Shown here one piece after another: positions 56,246 to 64,000 of a stretch of DNA of 64,000 bases (the stretch's first letter is position 1; each line of letters opens with the position of its first letter). Origin of the DNA: Abditibacterium sp. (GTDB lineage Bacteria > Armatimonadota > Abditibacteriia > Abditibacteriales > Abditibacteriaceae); assembly GCA_965246885.1 (NCBI GenBank), contig OZ251992.1, positions 1,216,001-1,280,000 on the forward strand, given 5' to 3'. Below the pieces are notes generated by a model. The model searched no databases and was not told the DNA's origin. It saw only the letters and a program-made list of their open reading frames with translations. The position numbers and the translations under genes were made by a program.

Positions 56246-57262
56246 ATGACGATGCAAAAGAGATTGATGTTTGAAAATGGGGCGGGGGCGCTGGCGGGGT
56301 TGGAAGTGACGCGGCGCGACTTTGCGCTTGCGGCGCGCTTGGATATTGCGCCGGGGCAACGGTTGGGCGCGGTGTGGAACGACCCATGCGGGGTGCGCGC
56401 GTTTTCCGGGTTTCGCTGGGGCATTGCGCCCGCAGTGTGGGCGCCCGAACTTCATGCGGGGCACCTGTTGTTTTCGGCGCGGGCCGAGACTTTGGCGGAC
56501 AAAGCGGCCTTTGCTCAGTCGCTGCGCTTCCGGCGCGCTTTGGTTCCCGTTGATGGCTTTTGGATGTGGAGCCGCCCGCGCGCGGGGTCGGGCGAGGAAC
56601 CGCGTCCGTTTTTGCTGCGCGCGCGCGACGGGGCGCCGCTTCATCTAGCGGCGTTGTGGGAGCAGGACGAGGCGGGCGAGCGGCGTTTGGCGCTTGTGTC
56701 GGTCGAGGCGAACCGCTTGACCGAGCCGTTTAGCCCGCGCATGCCCGCGCCACTTCGCGCCTCCGACGCGGCGTTGTGGTTGGAGCGCGGCGTGGTGGAA
56801 CCCAAGGCGCTGCTTCGTGCGCTACGCACTCCGATGGCGCGCGAACTGCTGGTGACGGCGACCGACGGGGCCGCGACGGGGCTGCGCTCCATCGAGCCTG
56901 CCGCCGATGAGCGAGATGCCCTCGCTCTTGTGTATGGTGCTAACTTTCGCGCCGACAAGCCCAAGTTTTCGCCCCGGCGTCGCTTGGTGCTCCGCGAGCA
57001 GGAGATAGGCGGGCACGTCTTTTTCAAGACGCGCTCCTTCACGCGAGACGACGCGACGCGCTGGCACCCGATTGTGGATGTCGAGGCGGGCCACGTTTTT
57101 TGCGATTGCCCCGACTTCCGCTACCGGCACGAGCACCACGAGCCGGACATTTGGACGCCGCAGTGGTGGTGCAAGCACGTGCGCCGCGCGGTCGAGAACC
57201 TGCGGCGGCACGGGCAACTTCCGGCCCGCCCGACGCCCGCGCCCGAACTGCTGGCCGCCTAA
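56246..57262 (+). CDS. Degenerate SRAP (YedK/HMCES-like) domain fused to a C-terminal SWIM zinc finger
   Basis: DIAPGQ, FRWGIAP, FSARAETLADKAAF, RRALVPVDGFWMW, LAALWE, AN...PRMP; C-terminal CDCPDF...WCKH. Confidence 0.85.
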   Translation: MTMQKRLMFENGAGALAGLEVTRRDFALAARLDIAPGQRLGAVWNDPCGVRAFSGFRWGIAPAVWAPELHAGHLLFSARAETLADKAAFAQSLRFRRALVPVDGFWMWSRPRAGSGEEPRPFLLRARDGAPLHLAALWEQDEAGERRLALVSVEANRLTEPFSPRMPAPLRASDAALWLERGVVEPKALLRALRTPMARELLVTATDGAATGLRSIEPAADERDALALVYGANFRADKPKFSPRRRLVLREQEIGGHVFFKTRSFTRDDATRWHPIVDVEAGHVFCDCPDFRYRHEHHEPDIWTPQWWCKHVRRAVENLRRHGQLPARPTPAPELLAA

Positions 57263-57268
57263 CTTCCA

Positions 57269-57294
57269 GCCCCGACGCCCCCCGGCGTCGGGGC
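57269..57294 (+). terminator. Stem-loop after the SRAP-SWIM gene
   Basis: GCCCCGACGCC-CCCC-GGCGTCGGGGC followed by GTCTTGTT. Confidence 0.65.
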
Positions 57295-57352
57295 GTCTTG
57301 TTCAAAGAGAAAGTTGTGTACTTTTTCAACTCGCCCACCTCTGTCGCCACGT

Positions 57353-57506
57353 CGCCGGGCCGCGCGAGGGAAAGAATTGGGTGCGCCGTGCGTCCGCCGG
57401 GCCGCGCGAGGGGAAGAATTAGGTGCGCCGTGCATCCGCCGGGGTGCGCGAGGGAAAGAATTGCGTGCGCCACCGCGAGAACAATGCGGGCCGTCCGAAG
57501 AATTAG
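57353..57506. repeat. Tandem array of three 42-nt units plus a degenerate fourth
   Basis: CGCCGGGCCGCGCGAGGGAAAGAATTGGGTGCGCCGTGCGTC-type units at 57353, 57395 and 57437; AAGAATT in phase at 57372, 57414, 57456 and 57498. Confidence 0.92.
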
Positions 57507-57551
57507 CTTGCTGACGGCGGAATTAACCGCGTCGCCGATTCCCATAGGCTA

Positions 57552-58052
57552 GTGAAGGGGTTTCAGACGACGGCGCACGGGTGCGCGAGGCAAACTGAAG
57601 AAGTGCCTTCCTCTCCGTCGCTGTCCGAGAAGATTGCGCGTAGCCCCCTGCGGTTCGGCCTCATCTTCGGCTTTCTGGGAGTGCCGCTCTTGTGGATGGC
57701 GGGTGACTCGCTTGTCCGTGTTGCGCAAGGGCAAGCGCCGCTTCCCGCCGAAGCGTTTTGGGGCTATGAGGCGAGTGGGGCGCTGGTGGGAGCGCTTTTG
57801 GGCGGCAACATCGCGCGCATCTGGGCGCACTGGCGCGCGAAGCGGTTGGCAGAGGCGCGGGCGACGGCGCTGCTTTGCGGTGGGGTGGGAGTCGCTTTTT
57901 ATGCGGCAACTGCTGGTTTACAAGCGGGCATGGCGCCGGATTTTTGGGCGGAATGGCTCCGGCAGATGGTGATGTTGGTGGTATCGCGCCACCTACCGTT
58001 TCTGCTGTGCGCGTTACTACTGTTCGGTGGCTTGCTGGCGCCGCGCCGTTGA
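57552..58052 (+). CDS. Hypothetical membrane protein (about 4 TM segments)
   Basis: Four hydrophobic segments; start uncertain. Confidence 0.5.
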   Translation: MKGFQTTAHGCARQTEEVPSSPSLSEKIARSPLRFGLIFGFLGVPLLWMAGDSLVRVAQGQAPLPAEAFWGYEASGALVGALLGGNIARIWAHWRAKRLAEARATALLCGGVGVAFYAATAGLQAGMAPDFWAEWLRQMVMLVVSRHLPFLLCALLLFGGLLAPRR

Positions 58053-58733
58053 TTGGGATTGTGGGCGCCTCCTCACTGTGATGGCAGGCGCGGCCAGTAT
58101 GCCTTGGCGCACTAATTCCGCGCGCACGGGCGCAAAGGTGCGGCGGTGAACGGGGCACGGGCCAAGCTCCCGCAGTGCCGCGTAGTGTTCGCGCGTGGGA
58201 TACCCTTTGTGCCGCGCGAAACCGTAGCCGGGGAACTGCGCGTCTACGTCGTTCATCAAGGCATCTCGCGCGACCTTAGCGACAATTGAAGCGGCGGCGA
58301 TGGAAACGGAGCGCGTGTCCCCCTTCACAAGCGCCTCGAAGCGCCAAGGCCATGCCATGTCGCGCACCGCGAGGCCGTCCACAAGGGCAAAGTCGAAGGC
58401 GCCATACCGCGCTTCCAAATCGGCGAGCGCACGTCGCATCGCTTCCCACGACGCGCGGCGGATGTTCATCTCGTCTATCTCGGTGTGCGACACCAGCCCT
58501 AACCCCCACTGCGCCCCGGACTTGATTTCCTCGCACAGCCGCTCCCGCTCCTTGGGAGACAATTGCTTGGAGTCGTTCAGTTGCCCAAAAAACCGCCGCG
58601 CAAAATCGCGGGAAAGCACCGCCGCGCCCGCCACCACCGGCCCCGCGAGCGGCCCGCGCCCCGCTTCGTCGGCGCCCGCCACCCGTTTCAGGCCCACCTT
58701 GTGCAGTTCCGTTTCGCGATCGAAAGTCGGCAT
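58017..58733 (-). CDS. rnhB: Ribonuclease HII
   Basis: AGADEAGRGPLAGPVV, LNDSKQL, LVDG, KGD..SVSIAAASIVAKVARD and HKGYPT. Confidence 0.96.
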   Translation of the reverse strand: MPTFDRETELHKVGLKRVAGADEAGRGPLAGPVVAGAAVLSRDFARRFFGQLNDSKQLSPKERERLCEEIKSGAQWGLGLVSHTEIDEMNIRRASWEAMRRALADLEARYGAFDFALVDGLAVRDMAWPWRFEALVKGDTRSVSIAAASIVAKVARDALMNDVDAQFPGYGFARHKGYPTREHYAALRELGPCPVHRRTFAPVRAELVRQGILAAPAITVRRRPQSQSTARRQQATEQ

Positions 58734-58771
58734 AATGCAAAGCTGAAACGCGGGGGACTGGGGCATAACTT

Positions 58772-59035
58772 CTACCGCGCGCCGACTTCTTCGCGGGTTT
58801 CGGCTTCGACCAGACGGCGCAAGCGGTCGTCCTCGCCCTCGTCGTGATACCAGTCTTCGTGCAGCGACATCGCGTCGCAACGAAGGCACTGCGTTTCTTT
58901 CCACTGCTTTAGGCACTTAGGACACTGGCCGCGCGTGTCGAAGGTGTGCCACTGGTGCTGACAGCCGGGCCAGCACTCCCACTGGTCGAAGGGGCGCGGT
59001 TTCCACGCGCATTTGGGGCAGAAGATGCGCGCCAT
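58772..59035 (-). CDS. Small Cys/Trp-rich Zn-ribbon protein (87 aa)
   Basis: MARIFCPKCAWKP...WECWPGCQHQWHTFDTRGQCPKC...TQCLRC...HEDWY; TGATG coupling to lepB. Confidence 0.8.
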   Translation of the reverse strand: MARIFCPKCAWKPRPFDQWECWPGCQHQWHTFDTRGQCPKCLKQWKETQCLRCDAMSLHEDWYHDEGEDDRLRRLVEAETREEVGAR

Positions 59036-59928
59036 CAGCGTTCGTCGCCGCCGTGTTGGTTGAAGCTCATGTGATCTACAAGACCCAGACGGGTGGGGGG
59101 CCAAAAGACGCAGATGGCTTTGCCGACGATGTTGGCGCGTGGCGCAAAACCCCACATGTGGCCGTCGTTGGAGTTCGAGCGGTGGTCGCCCAAGAAGAGA
59201 TAGTATCCGGCGGGGATGGCGCCCGGTTTGGCGCGGGAGATGTTTTCTTGGTCTTGCGGGCTGGTCGGGTTGATGACGCCGTTTTGCGCCCACTCGCCCG
59301 GCTTGCCGAGGGAATCGTATTCGCGCGAGTAGACAGCGCCGCCCACGATTTTCATGTCGTAGGAATAGCCCGCGACGCCGACGAAGCCGGGAACGTGTTC
59401 GTCGGGCGCCGTCCCGTTGGTCACGGACGGGGACAGGTCGTTCCACTTCGTGTACGGTTCGGGAATCTTGACGCCGTTGCGATATACCTGCCGGTTGCGG
59501 ACTTCGATGACATCGCCGGGCGTGCCCATGCAGCGCTTGATGAAATCCACGTCTTCGTTGGGGTCGGGGTTGTTAATCAGCGCGGCTTTGGGCGCCTTGA
59601 AGACGATGACGTCCTGAAAAGCGGGGGCTTTGAGGCGGTAAACGAGCTTGGAAACGAGCAGGCGGTCGGAGATGCGCAGCGTGTCTTCCATCGAGCCGGA
59701 CGGAATAAAGAACGCTTGCAGGATGAACGGCTGGATGACGAACAGGACGAGGCCGATGGCGATGGCGGCGGAGTCAATGGTCTCGACGAGCCACTTGGAG
59801 GTGTCGGCGCCCTCGGCGCTGGCCTCTTTGGGGCCAAGGAGCCGGATGAGTTCGCGCACCCCGATAAGCGCCGCGACGACGGCGAACTTCCAAGGCCACG
59901 AGTCCATGTTAAACGAGCCGATTTGCAT
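59035..59928 (-). CDS. lepB: Signal peptidase I
   Basis: FIPSGSMEDTL, DRLLVSK, DFIKRC and LGDHRSNSNDG. Start at 59928 or 59907. Confidence 0.95.
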   Translation of the reverse strand: MQIGSFNMDSWPWKFAVVAALIGVRELIRLLGPKEASAEGADTSKWLVETIDSAAIAIGLVLFVIQPFILQAFFIPSGSMEDTLRISDRLLVSKLVYRLKAPAFQDVIVFKAPKAALINNPDPNEDVDFIKRCMGTPGDVIEVRNRQVYRNGVKIPEPYTKWNDLSPSVTNGTAPDEHVPGFVGVAGYSYDMKIVGGAVYSREYDSLGKPGEWAQNGVINPTSPQDQENISRAKPGAIPAGYYLFLGDHRSNSNDGHMWGFAPRANIVGKAICVFWPPTRLGLVDHMSFNQHGGDER

Positions 59929-59998
59929 AATAGAACGGGGAGAGTTTGACCGCACGCGCCGGTGACGGGTGGCGCGGAGTGTGGAGGCGCGTAAACAA

Positions 59999-60023
59999 AA
60001 GCCGCCCGAAGTTCGGGCGGCTT
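59999..60023 (-). terminator. Intrinsic terminator after rplS
   Basis: AAGCCGCCCGAA-G-TTCGGGCGGCTT followed by a T-run on the minus strand. Confidence 0.8.
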
Positions 60024-60033
60024 GGCATGAGCG

Positions 60034-60432
60034 TTACTCGGCGGCAACGGGCGCTTTGGGCGCGCCTTTGACGGGGCGGACGGTCGCTTTTTCCTTGATG
60101 CGGATGGCTTTGGAGCCGACGCGGTCGCGCAGGTAATACAGCTTGGCGCGGCGCACGCTGCCTTGGCGACGCACTTCGATGGCGTCCACGCGCGGCGAGT
60201 GGAGCGGAAAGGTGCGCTCGACGCCCACGCCCGACGCGATGCGGCGCACGGTGAAGGTCTCGCTCGTGCCCACGCCGTCGCGCGCGATGCAGGTGCCCTC
60301 GAACGCTTGGACGCGCTCGCGGTTGCCTTCGACAACTTTGACCGACACGCGCAGCGTGTCGCCCGGCCCGAAGTCGGGCGTCTTCTCTTTTAAGTGCTTC
60401 GCTTCAATCGAGCGAATTAAATCCTGATTCAT
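60034..60432 (-). CDS. rplS: 50S ribosomal protein L19
   Basis: [24 protein letters not shown] and [10 protein letters not shown]. Confidence 0.98.
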   Translation of the reverse strand: MNQDLIRSIEAKHLKEKTPDFGPGDTLRVSVKVVEGNRERVQAFEGTCIARDGVGTSETFTVRRIASGVGVERTFPLHSPRVDAIEVRRQGSVRRAKLYYLRDRVGSKAIRIKEKATVRPVKGAPKAPVAAE

Positions 60433-61222
60433 TGTCAATATCTCCTGTTTCTGGGGGCGCCTTCGCCCCTATGTCGCTTTGCACCCGCTCCCACACCTTG
60501 CGCTGCGCCTTGGTCATCTCCCGTTTGCTCCATGATTCGAGCAAGTCAGGCCGCCGCTCGGCAGTGCGCCGCAGTGCCTGTTCGAGGCGCCACAGTTCGA
60601 CTTGCCCGTGATGGCCCGACAGCAGAATGTCGGGAATCTCGCGGCCCCGCCAACTCGCGGGCCGCGTGTAGTGCGGCGCTTCGAGCAGTCCCGTAGCGAA
60701 CGAATCGCCGCTCGCCGACTGGTCATTGCCCAGCACGCCCGGAACGAAACGCGCGACGGCTTCGACCAGAATCGCCGCTGCGCCTTCGCCGCCCGTGAGG
60801 ACAAAATCGCCGAGCGACACTTCGAGCGGCGCGAGCGCGTCGATGACGCGCTCATCTATCCCCTCGTAGTGCCCGCACAGCAGCGCCAAGCGCGGAAGCG
60901 CGGCGAACTCTTCGACTAAGCTTTGATTCAAGGTGCGCCCTTGCGGGGTGAAATACACGACCGGGCAGGGCGGCGCCAAAACGCCAACCGTAAAATTTAG
61001 CACATTCTCCATGCTCGCCGCCACCACCTCGGCTTTCATCACCATCCCCGCGCCCCCGCCAAAAGGCGCGTCATCCACCACGCGCCACTTATCCGTCGTC
61101 GCGTCGCGGATGTCGTGGAGCGCCACATCAATCAACCCCCGCTCGCGCGCCCGCTTGAGAATAGAAGTCGAAAGCGGCCCGGAGAAATAGTCGGGGAAAA
61201 GGGTGAAGACATCGAAGCGCAT
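60404..61222 (-). CDS. trmD: tRNA (guanine37-N1)-methyltransferase
   Basis: [35 protein letters not shown] and PHYTRP. Confidence 0.98.
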   Translation of the reverse strand: MRFDVFTLFPDYFSGPLSTSILKRARERGLIDVALHDIRDATTDKWRVVDDAPFGGGAGMVMKAEVVAASMENVLNFTVGVLAPPCPVVYFTPQGRTLNQSLVEEFAALPRLALLCGHYEGIDERVIDALAPLEVSLGDFVLTGGEGAAAILVEAVARFVPGVLGNDQSASGDSFATGLLEAPHYTRPASWRGREIPDILLSGHHGQVELWRLEQALRRTAERRPDLLESWSKREMTKAQRKVWERVQSDIGAKAPPETGDIDNESGFNSLD

Positions 61223-61270
61223 GGAGTGCAGTTTCTAAACTTGCGCCGGGAAGACAGAGGAAAACTCATC

Positions 61271-61504
61271 ATGGCCTTTGAAAAAGAACTCGCCACCTAC
61301 CGCGCCGCCCTGCCCGGTTGGGTCGAACAAGAGGGGAAATGGACGCTGATTCTGGGCGACGAAATCGCGGGCATCTTTGACACACGCGAAGAAGCCATTG
61401 ACTTGGGCTACGATAAATATGGTTTGGCGCAATTCATGATTAAGCAGATTCACCAAGTCGAGCCTGTCTACTTTATGGGCGGCGCGTTCATGCGCCTCAA
61501 GTGA
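61271..61504 (+). CDS. Small DUF5678-like protein (77 aa)
   Basis: EKELATY...EGKWTLILGDEIAGIFDTREEAIDLGY...FMIKQI; RBS GAGG. Confidence 0.75.
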   Translation: MAFEKELATYRAALPGWVEQEGKWTLILGDEIAGIFDTREEAIDLGYDKYGLAQFMIKQIHQVEPVYFMGGAFMRLK

Positions 61505-61506
61505 CC

Positions 61507-61950
61507 ATGAACACCGCCTCGTTTTTGTTGACGGGTGAGGGGCCGGTGTTGGAGGTTGTTGTATCCCTGATTTCTCCGCGTCGCTATGTTCTCAACCGAT
61601 TTCGACTTCCAATACCGAACCCGGTGCGCGTTCGCGCGCTCATTGACACAGGGGCCGAGTTTTCGTGTTTTGATGCCTCGGTCTTTCGGCGCTTGGAATT
61701 GTCGCCCTCCTATCAAGCCGAAATTTGGACGCCCAGTTCGGGAAGCGCGCCTCATCAAGTGAACCGATACGATGTGAACGTCTAACTTCTCGACGCCCAA
61801 AGCCAAACGCTTCGCCAGTATGAACCTATCGCTGCTGTTGAAGCAGAGTTAGTAGCTCAAGGTATCGAGGGCCTCATTGGGCGTGACATTCTCTCGCGGT
61901 GCGTGTTCACGCTCGACGGCCCGAACCGCACCTTCTCGCTCTCGTTTTGA
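61507..61950 (+). pseudogene. Retropepsin-like (clan AA) aspartyl protease interrupted by an in-frame TAA at 61783-61785
   Basis: ALIDTGA before the stop. The same frame continues LLDAQ...GIEGLIGRDILSRCVFTLDGPNRTFSLSF* to 61950. Confidence 0.85.
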
Positions 61951-61965
61951 ACCTGTTGAATCACT

Positions 61966-62436
61966 ATGACACCAACCGATATTCTATGGCCCCGCTTGGG
62001 CCGTGTCCAGACCTTGCGCTTCGAGTCGCTCTCGCGCACGGGAATTGGGTGGAGCGGCGTGGGGGCGGGGCAGGTGGAAGTGGGCGCGCCGCAGCAGGTG
62101 GAAGTGAGCGCGCCGCAGGAGGATGTTCTGGTGTGGAAGGAAAGCGGGCAATGGCGGCAGAACGGCGGGCGGGAGATTCGCTTTTCCAACACGTTTCGTT
62201 GGACGCGGACGGGCGAGGGGATTTCTTTGGAGCATCTGCGCTTTGGCGAGGAGCGTCCGGTGTTTCTCTTTCAATTGGTTGCGGTGCAAGCCAACGAGTG
62301 GCGCGATGTCGAGCCGCATTTGTGACGGGAAGATAAGTATTCGGCCTTACTCCGCCTCGAAGCGGACGGCTTAAATCTTCATTGGACAGTGTTTGGCCCG
62401 CGACACGACGAGTCCATCAACTACTCCTACAGCTAA
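61966..62436 (+). pseudogene. DUF6314-like protein with an in-frame TGA at 62323-62325 (nonsense mutation or recoded codon)
   Basis: GWSGVGAGQVEV, ESGQW, FSNTFRW, LEHLRFG...PVFLFQL, EPHL*REDKYSALL...WTVFGPRHDESINYSYS*. Confidence 0.7.
62070..62117 (+). repeat. 24-nt in-frame tandem duplication
   Basis: GCAGGTGGAAGTG(G/A)GCGCGCCGCA x2, giving QVEVGAPQ QVEVSAPQ. Confidence 0.9.
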
Positions 62437-62853
62437 TCATTTCGGCTTCGCAAGGGGCGGGCGCGCCGCTTTCGGGGCTGCTTTCAGCTTTACCGCTGCC
62501 GTCCAGATGGTGTAACTGCCCATCACGACGGCGAAGAGGCCGAAGGCGAGTTGCAGTTGGGGGCCTTTCATTTGGTTGGCGTATTTGCCGCCGAGCCACG
62601 CGCCCAGCGCGAGCAAGACGGCAATGATGGCGGCGGCACGCCAGTCCACATTGCCTTTGCGCGCGTATTCATAAACCGCGCCGATGCCCAAGGGTGGCAG
62701 GAGGATGGCAAGGCTGGTGCCCGTCGCGCGGTGCTGCGAGAAGCCCGCGAAATAGACCAGCGCAGGCACGATAATCAGCCCGCCGCCAATGCCGAAAAAG
62801 CCCGCCGCGATGCCCGCGAGGAGTCCGGTGAGCACCAGTTTGAAATTCAACAT
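62437..62853 (-). CDS. Half-size TSUP (TauE/SafE) family membrane protein
   Basis: AGFFGIGGGLIIVPAL, QHRATGTSL and GNVDW; about 4 TM segments. Confidence 0.88.
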   Translation of the reverse strand: MLNFKLVLTGLLAGIAAGFFGIGGGLIIVPALVYFAGFSQHRATGTSLAILLPPLGIGAVYEYARKGNVDWRAAAIIAVLLALGAWLGGKYANQMKGPQLQLAFGLFAVVMGSYTIWTAAVKLKAAPKAARPPLAKPK

Positions 62854-62886
62854 GGGCGAAGCAATGGCGCCAATGGGATGCCAGCG

Positions 62887-63417
62887 CTACTCGGCGGCGT
62901 CGCCGATGCGTAGTCCCGGCACGTCGCGCACGATGATTTTCCCGGTTTCCCGTTCGACGCGCACGATGAACTCCGGCACGTCGGGCACGAGCGCGCCGTC
63001 GGAAGCGAACACTTCGTGGTGCGGCGTTTCGAGGACTTCCTCGACTTCGCCCAAGTCCTCGCCCGCTTCGGTTTCAAGGCGCATGCCGATGTATTCGTCG
63101 GGGTAGAGCTTGCCGCCTTGCAGGGCGGGGCGCATCGAGCGGTGGACGAAGACCTGCGCGCCGATGAGAGCGTCAGCCTGCTCGCTGGATGTCAGGCCGA
63201 GGCCGCACACAAAATATCCGGCTTTATAATCGGAGAGTTCGACGGTAAACAGTTCGCGTGCCTCGCCCTTGACGAGGCACAGCCGCGCGCCGCGCGCGAA
63301 GCGTCCGGGCACGTCCGAGAATGCGCTGATGCGCACCAAGGCCCGATCCCAGCGGTCTTTGACGCGACCGACTAACACGTCCCACGTTTCGGGCGGGAAT
63401 TCGGCGGGAGTGGACAT
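62887..63417 (-). CDS. rimM: Ribosome maturation factor RimM (divergent)
   Basis: ADALIGAQVFV, YPDEYIGM, LGEVEEVLETP.HEV and LVP.V.EFIVRV; synteny with khpA and trmD. Confidence 0.88.
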   Translation of the reverse strand: MSTPAEFPPETWDVLVGRVKDRWDRALVRISAFSDVPGRFARGARLCLVKGEARELFTVELSDYKAGYFVCGLGLTSSEQADALIGAQVFVHRSMRPALQGGKLYPDEYIGMRLETEAGEDLGEVEEVLETPHHEVFASDGALVPDVPEFIVRVERETGKIIVRDVPGLRIGDAAE

Positions 63418-63429
63418 GGATGGGGCGCC

Positions 63430-63780
63430 CTACTGGGGGGCGTCGGTGGGCGAGGCGTCTTGCGGGTCGTCTTCGGTGAGGATTTCGACCGTCACGTGAG
63501 TGCCCGCTTTGAGCGCGGCGGCTTTGACGACGTGGCGCAGGGCGTTGGCGACGCGGCCTTCGCGCCCGATGATGCGGCCAATGTCGTCGGCGTGAACGCG
63601 CACGCCGTAGACGGTGCCGGTCTGGTCGTAGAACTCCTCGACTTCGACTTCTTGCGGGCGCGTCACGACGCCTTGCACGAGGTAGCCGACGAGTTCAATG
63701 AGACGGTCTTCGGCGCCGGGCGCCGGGGTTTCAAGCGCTGGAGCGGGTGGCGCGGGGTTGGGCTGGGTTTGGGCGTCCAT
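63430..63780 (-). CDS. khpA: KH domain RNA-binding protein
   Basis: ELVGYLVQGVV and VHADDIGRIIGREGRVANALR. Confidence 0.9.
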   Translation of the reverse strand: MDAQTQPNPAPPAPALETPAPGAEDRLIELVGYLVQGVVTRPQEVEVEEFYDQTGTVYGVRVHADDIGRIIGREGRVANALRHVVKAAALKAGTHVTVEILTEDDPQDASPTDAPQ

Positions 63781-63831
63781 AAGAGTGAGTGGATGTAATG
63801 GGTGTGGACGAGAAGCGGATTGTCAAAGTCG

Positions 63832-63862
63832 AATCGCCAGAAGGAAAGAGCTTCTGGCGATT
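63832..63862. other. 12-bp intergenic stem-loop
   Basis: AATCGCCAGAAG-GAAAGAG-CTTCTGGCGATT. Confidence 0.55.
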
Positions 63863-63882
63863 GAGTGGGTGTCCGTATAGGG

Positions 63883-64000
63883 TTAAACCGCCGCTTCGAC
63901 GGGTTCCGGCGCGACTTCTTCGGACGCGGCGGGCGCTTGCGCGATCGGTTCGGCTGGCGCGGCGACTTCTTCCGCCGGAGCGGGAACTTCAGCGACCACA
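63883..64000 (-). CDS. 3' end of a gene with an Ala/Glu/Pro-rich tail; probably the C-terminal extension of ribosomal protein S16
   Basis: ...VVAEVPAPAEEVAAPAEPIAQAPAASEEVAPEPVEAAV*. Identity inferred only from the usual rpsP-khpA-rimM-trmD-rplS order. Confidence 0.55.
   Translation of the reverse strand, partial: VVAEVPAPAEEVAAPAEPIAQAPAASEEVAPEPVEAAV

Noticed and set aside
527..57506. The four tandem arrays as CRISPR arrays
   Set aside because: Units are contiguous with no unique spacers, and no cas genes are present.
57039..57545. Minus-strand 168-aa ORF across the 42-nt array as a real gene
   Set aside because: Overlaps the SWIM domain antisense, and its openness is explained by the repeat.
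1..64000. tRNA, rRNA, IS elements, integrases or prophage genes
   Set aside because: None recognisable by eye; short structured RNAs could be missed without a covariance-model search.

Overview
A 64-kb, GC-rich bacterial chromosomal window, mostly housekeeping and metabolic genes. The gene content (DUF1559 prepilin locus, futalosine-pathway MqnC, lipoproteins, an outer-membrane-type C-terminus) suggests a diderm of the Armatimonadota/Abditibacteriota type; this is inference only. In order it holds: an N-methylglutamate (glx/mgs) methylamine cluster with a permease, a DUF3445-cupin fusion and a MOSC protein; a solitary PD-(D/E)xK nuclease; alaS; a JAB / small acidic protein / frameshifted HEAT trio; an ABC transporter with a helical-repeat partner; arfB; a GT1-hydrolase-GT4 operon; mqnC, acpH, MarR-P450, Fpg/Nei, lipA, an aminotransferase, citrate synthase and threonine dehydratase; a LacI-DUF1559-lipoprotein-GH10 locus; two tandem GGDEF-EAL genes; degP; a SRAP-SWIM fusion; and the rpsP-khpA-rimM-trmD-rplS-lepB-rnhB cluster, interrupted by an opposite-strand islet. 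I found no rRNA, tRNA, CRISPR array, transposase or integrase. The most unusual signals are: (i) four intergenic tandem arrays with 21/42-nt period, three of which continue the upstream gene's frame past its stop codon as heptad peptides; (ii) a SRAP domain lacking all three catalytic residues, fused to a SWIM finger; (iii) two adjacent islet genes, each with one in-frame stop, one being TGA where a Cys is expected; (iv) the pilin-like glycan locus. All family names come from motif recognition by eye, not database searches.
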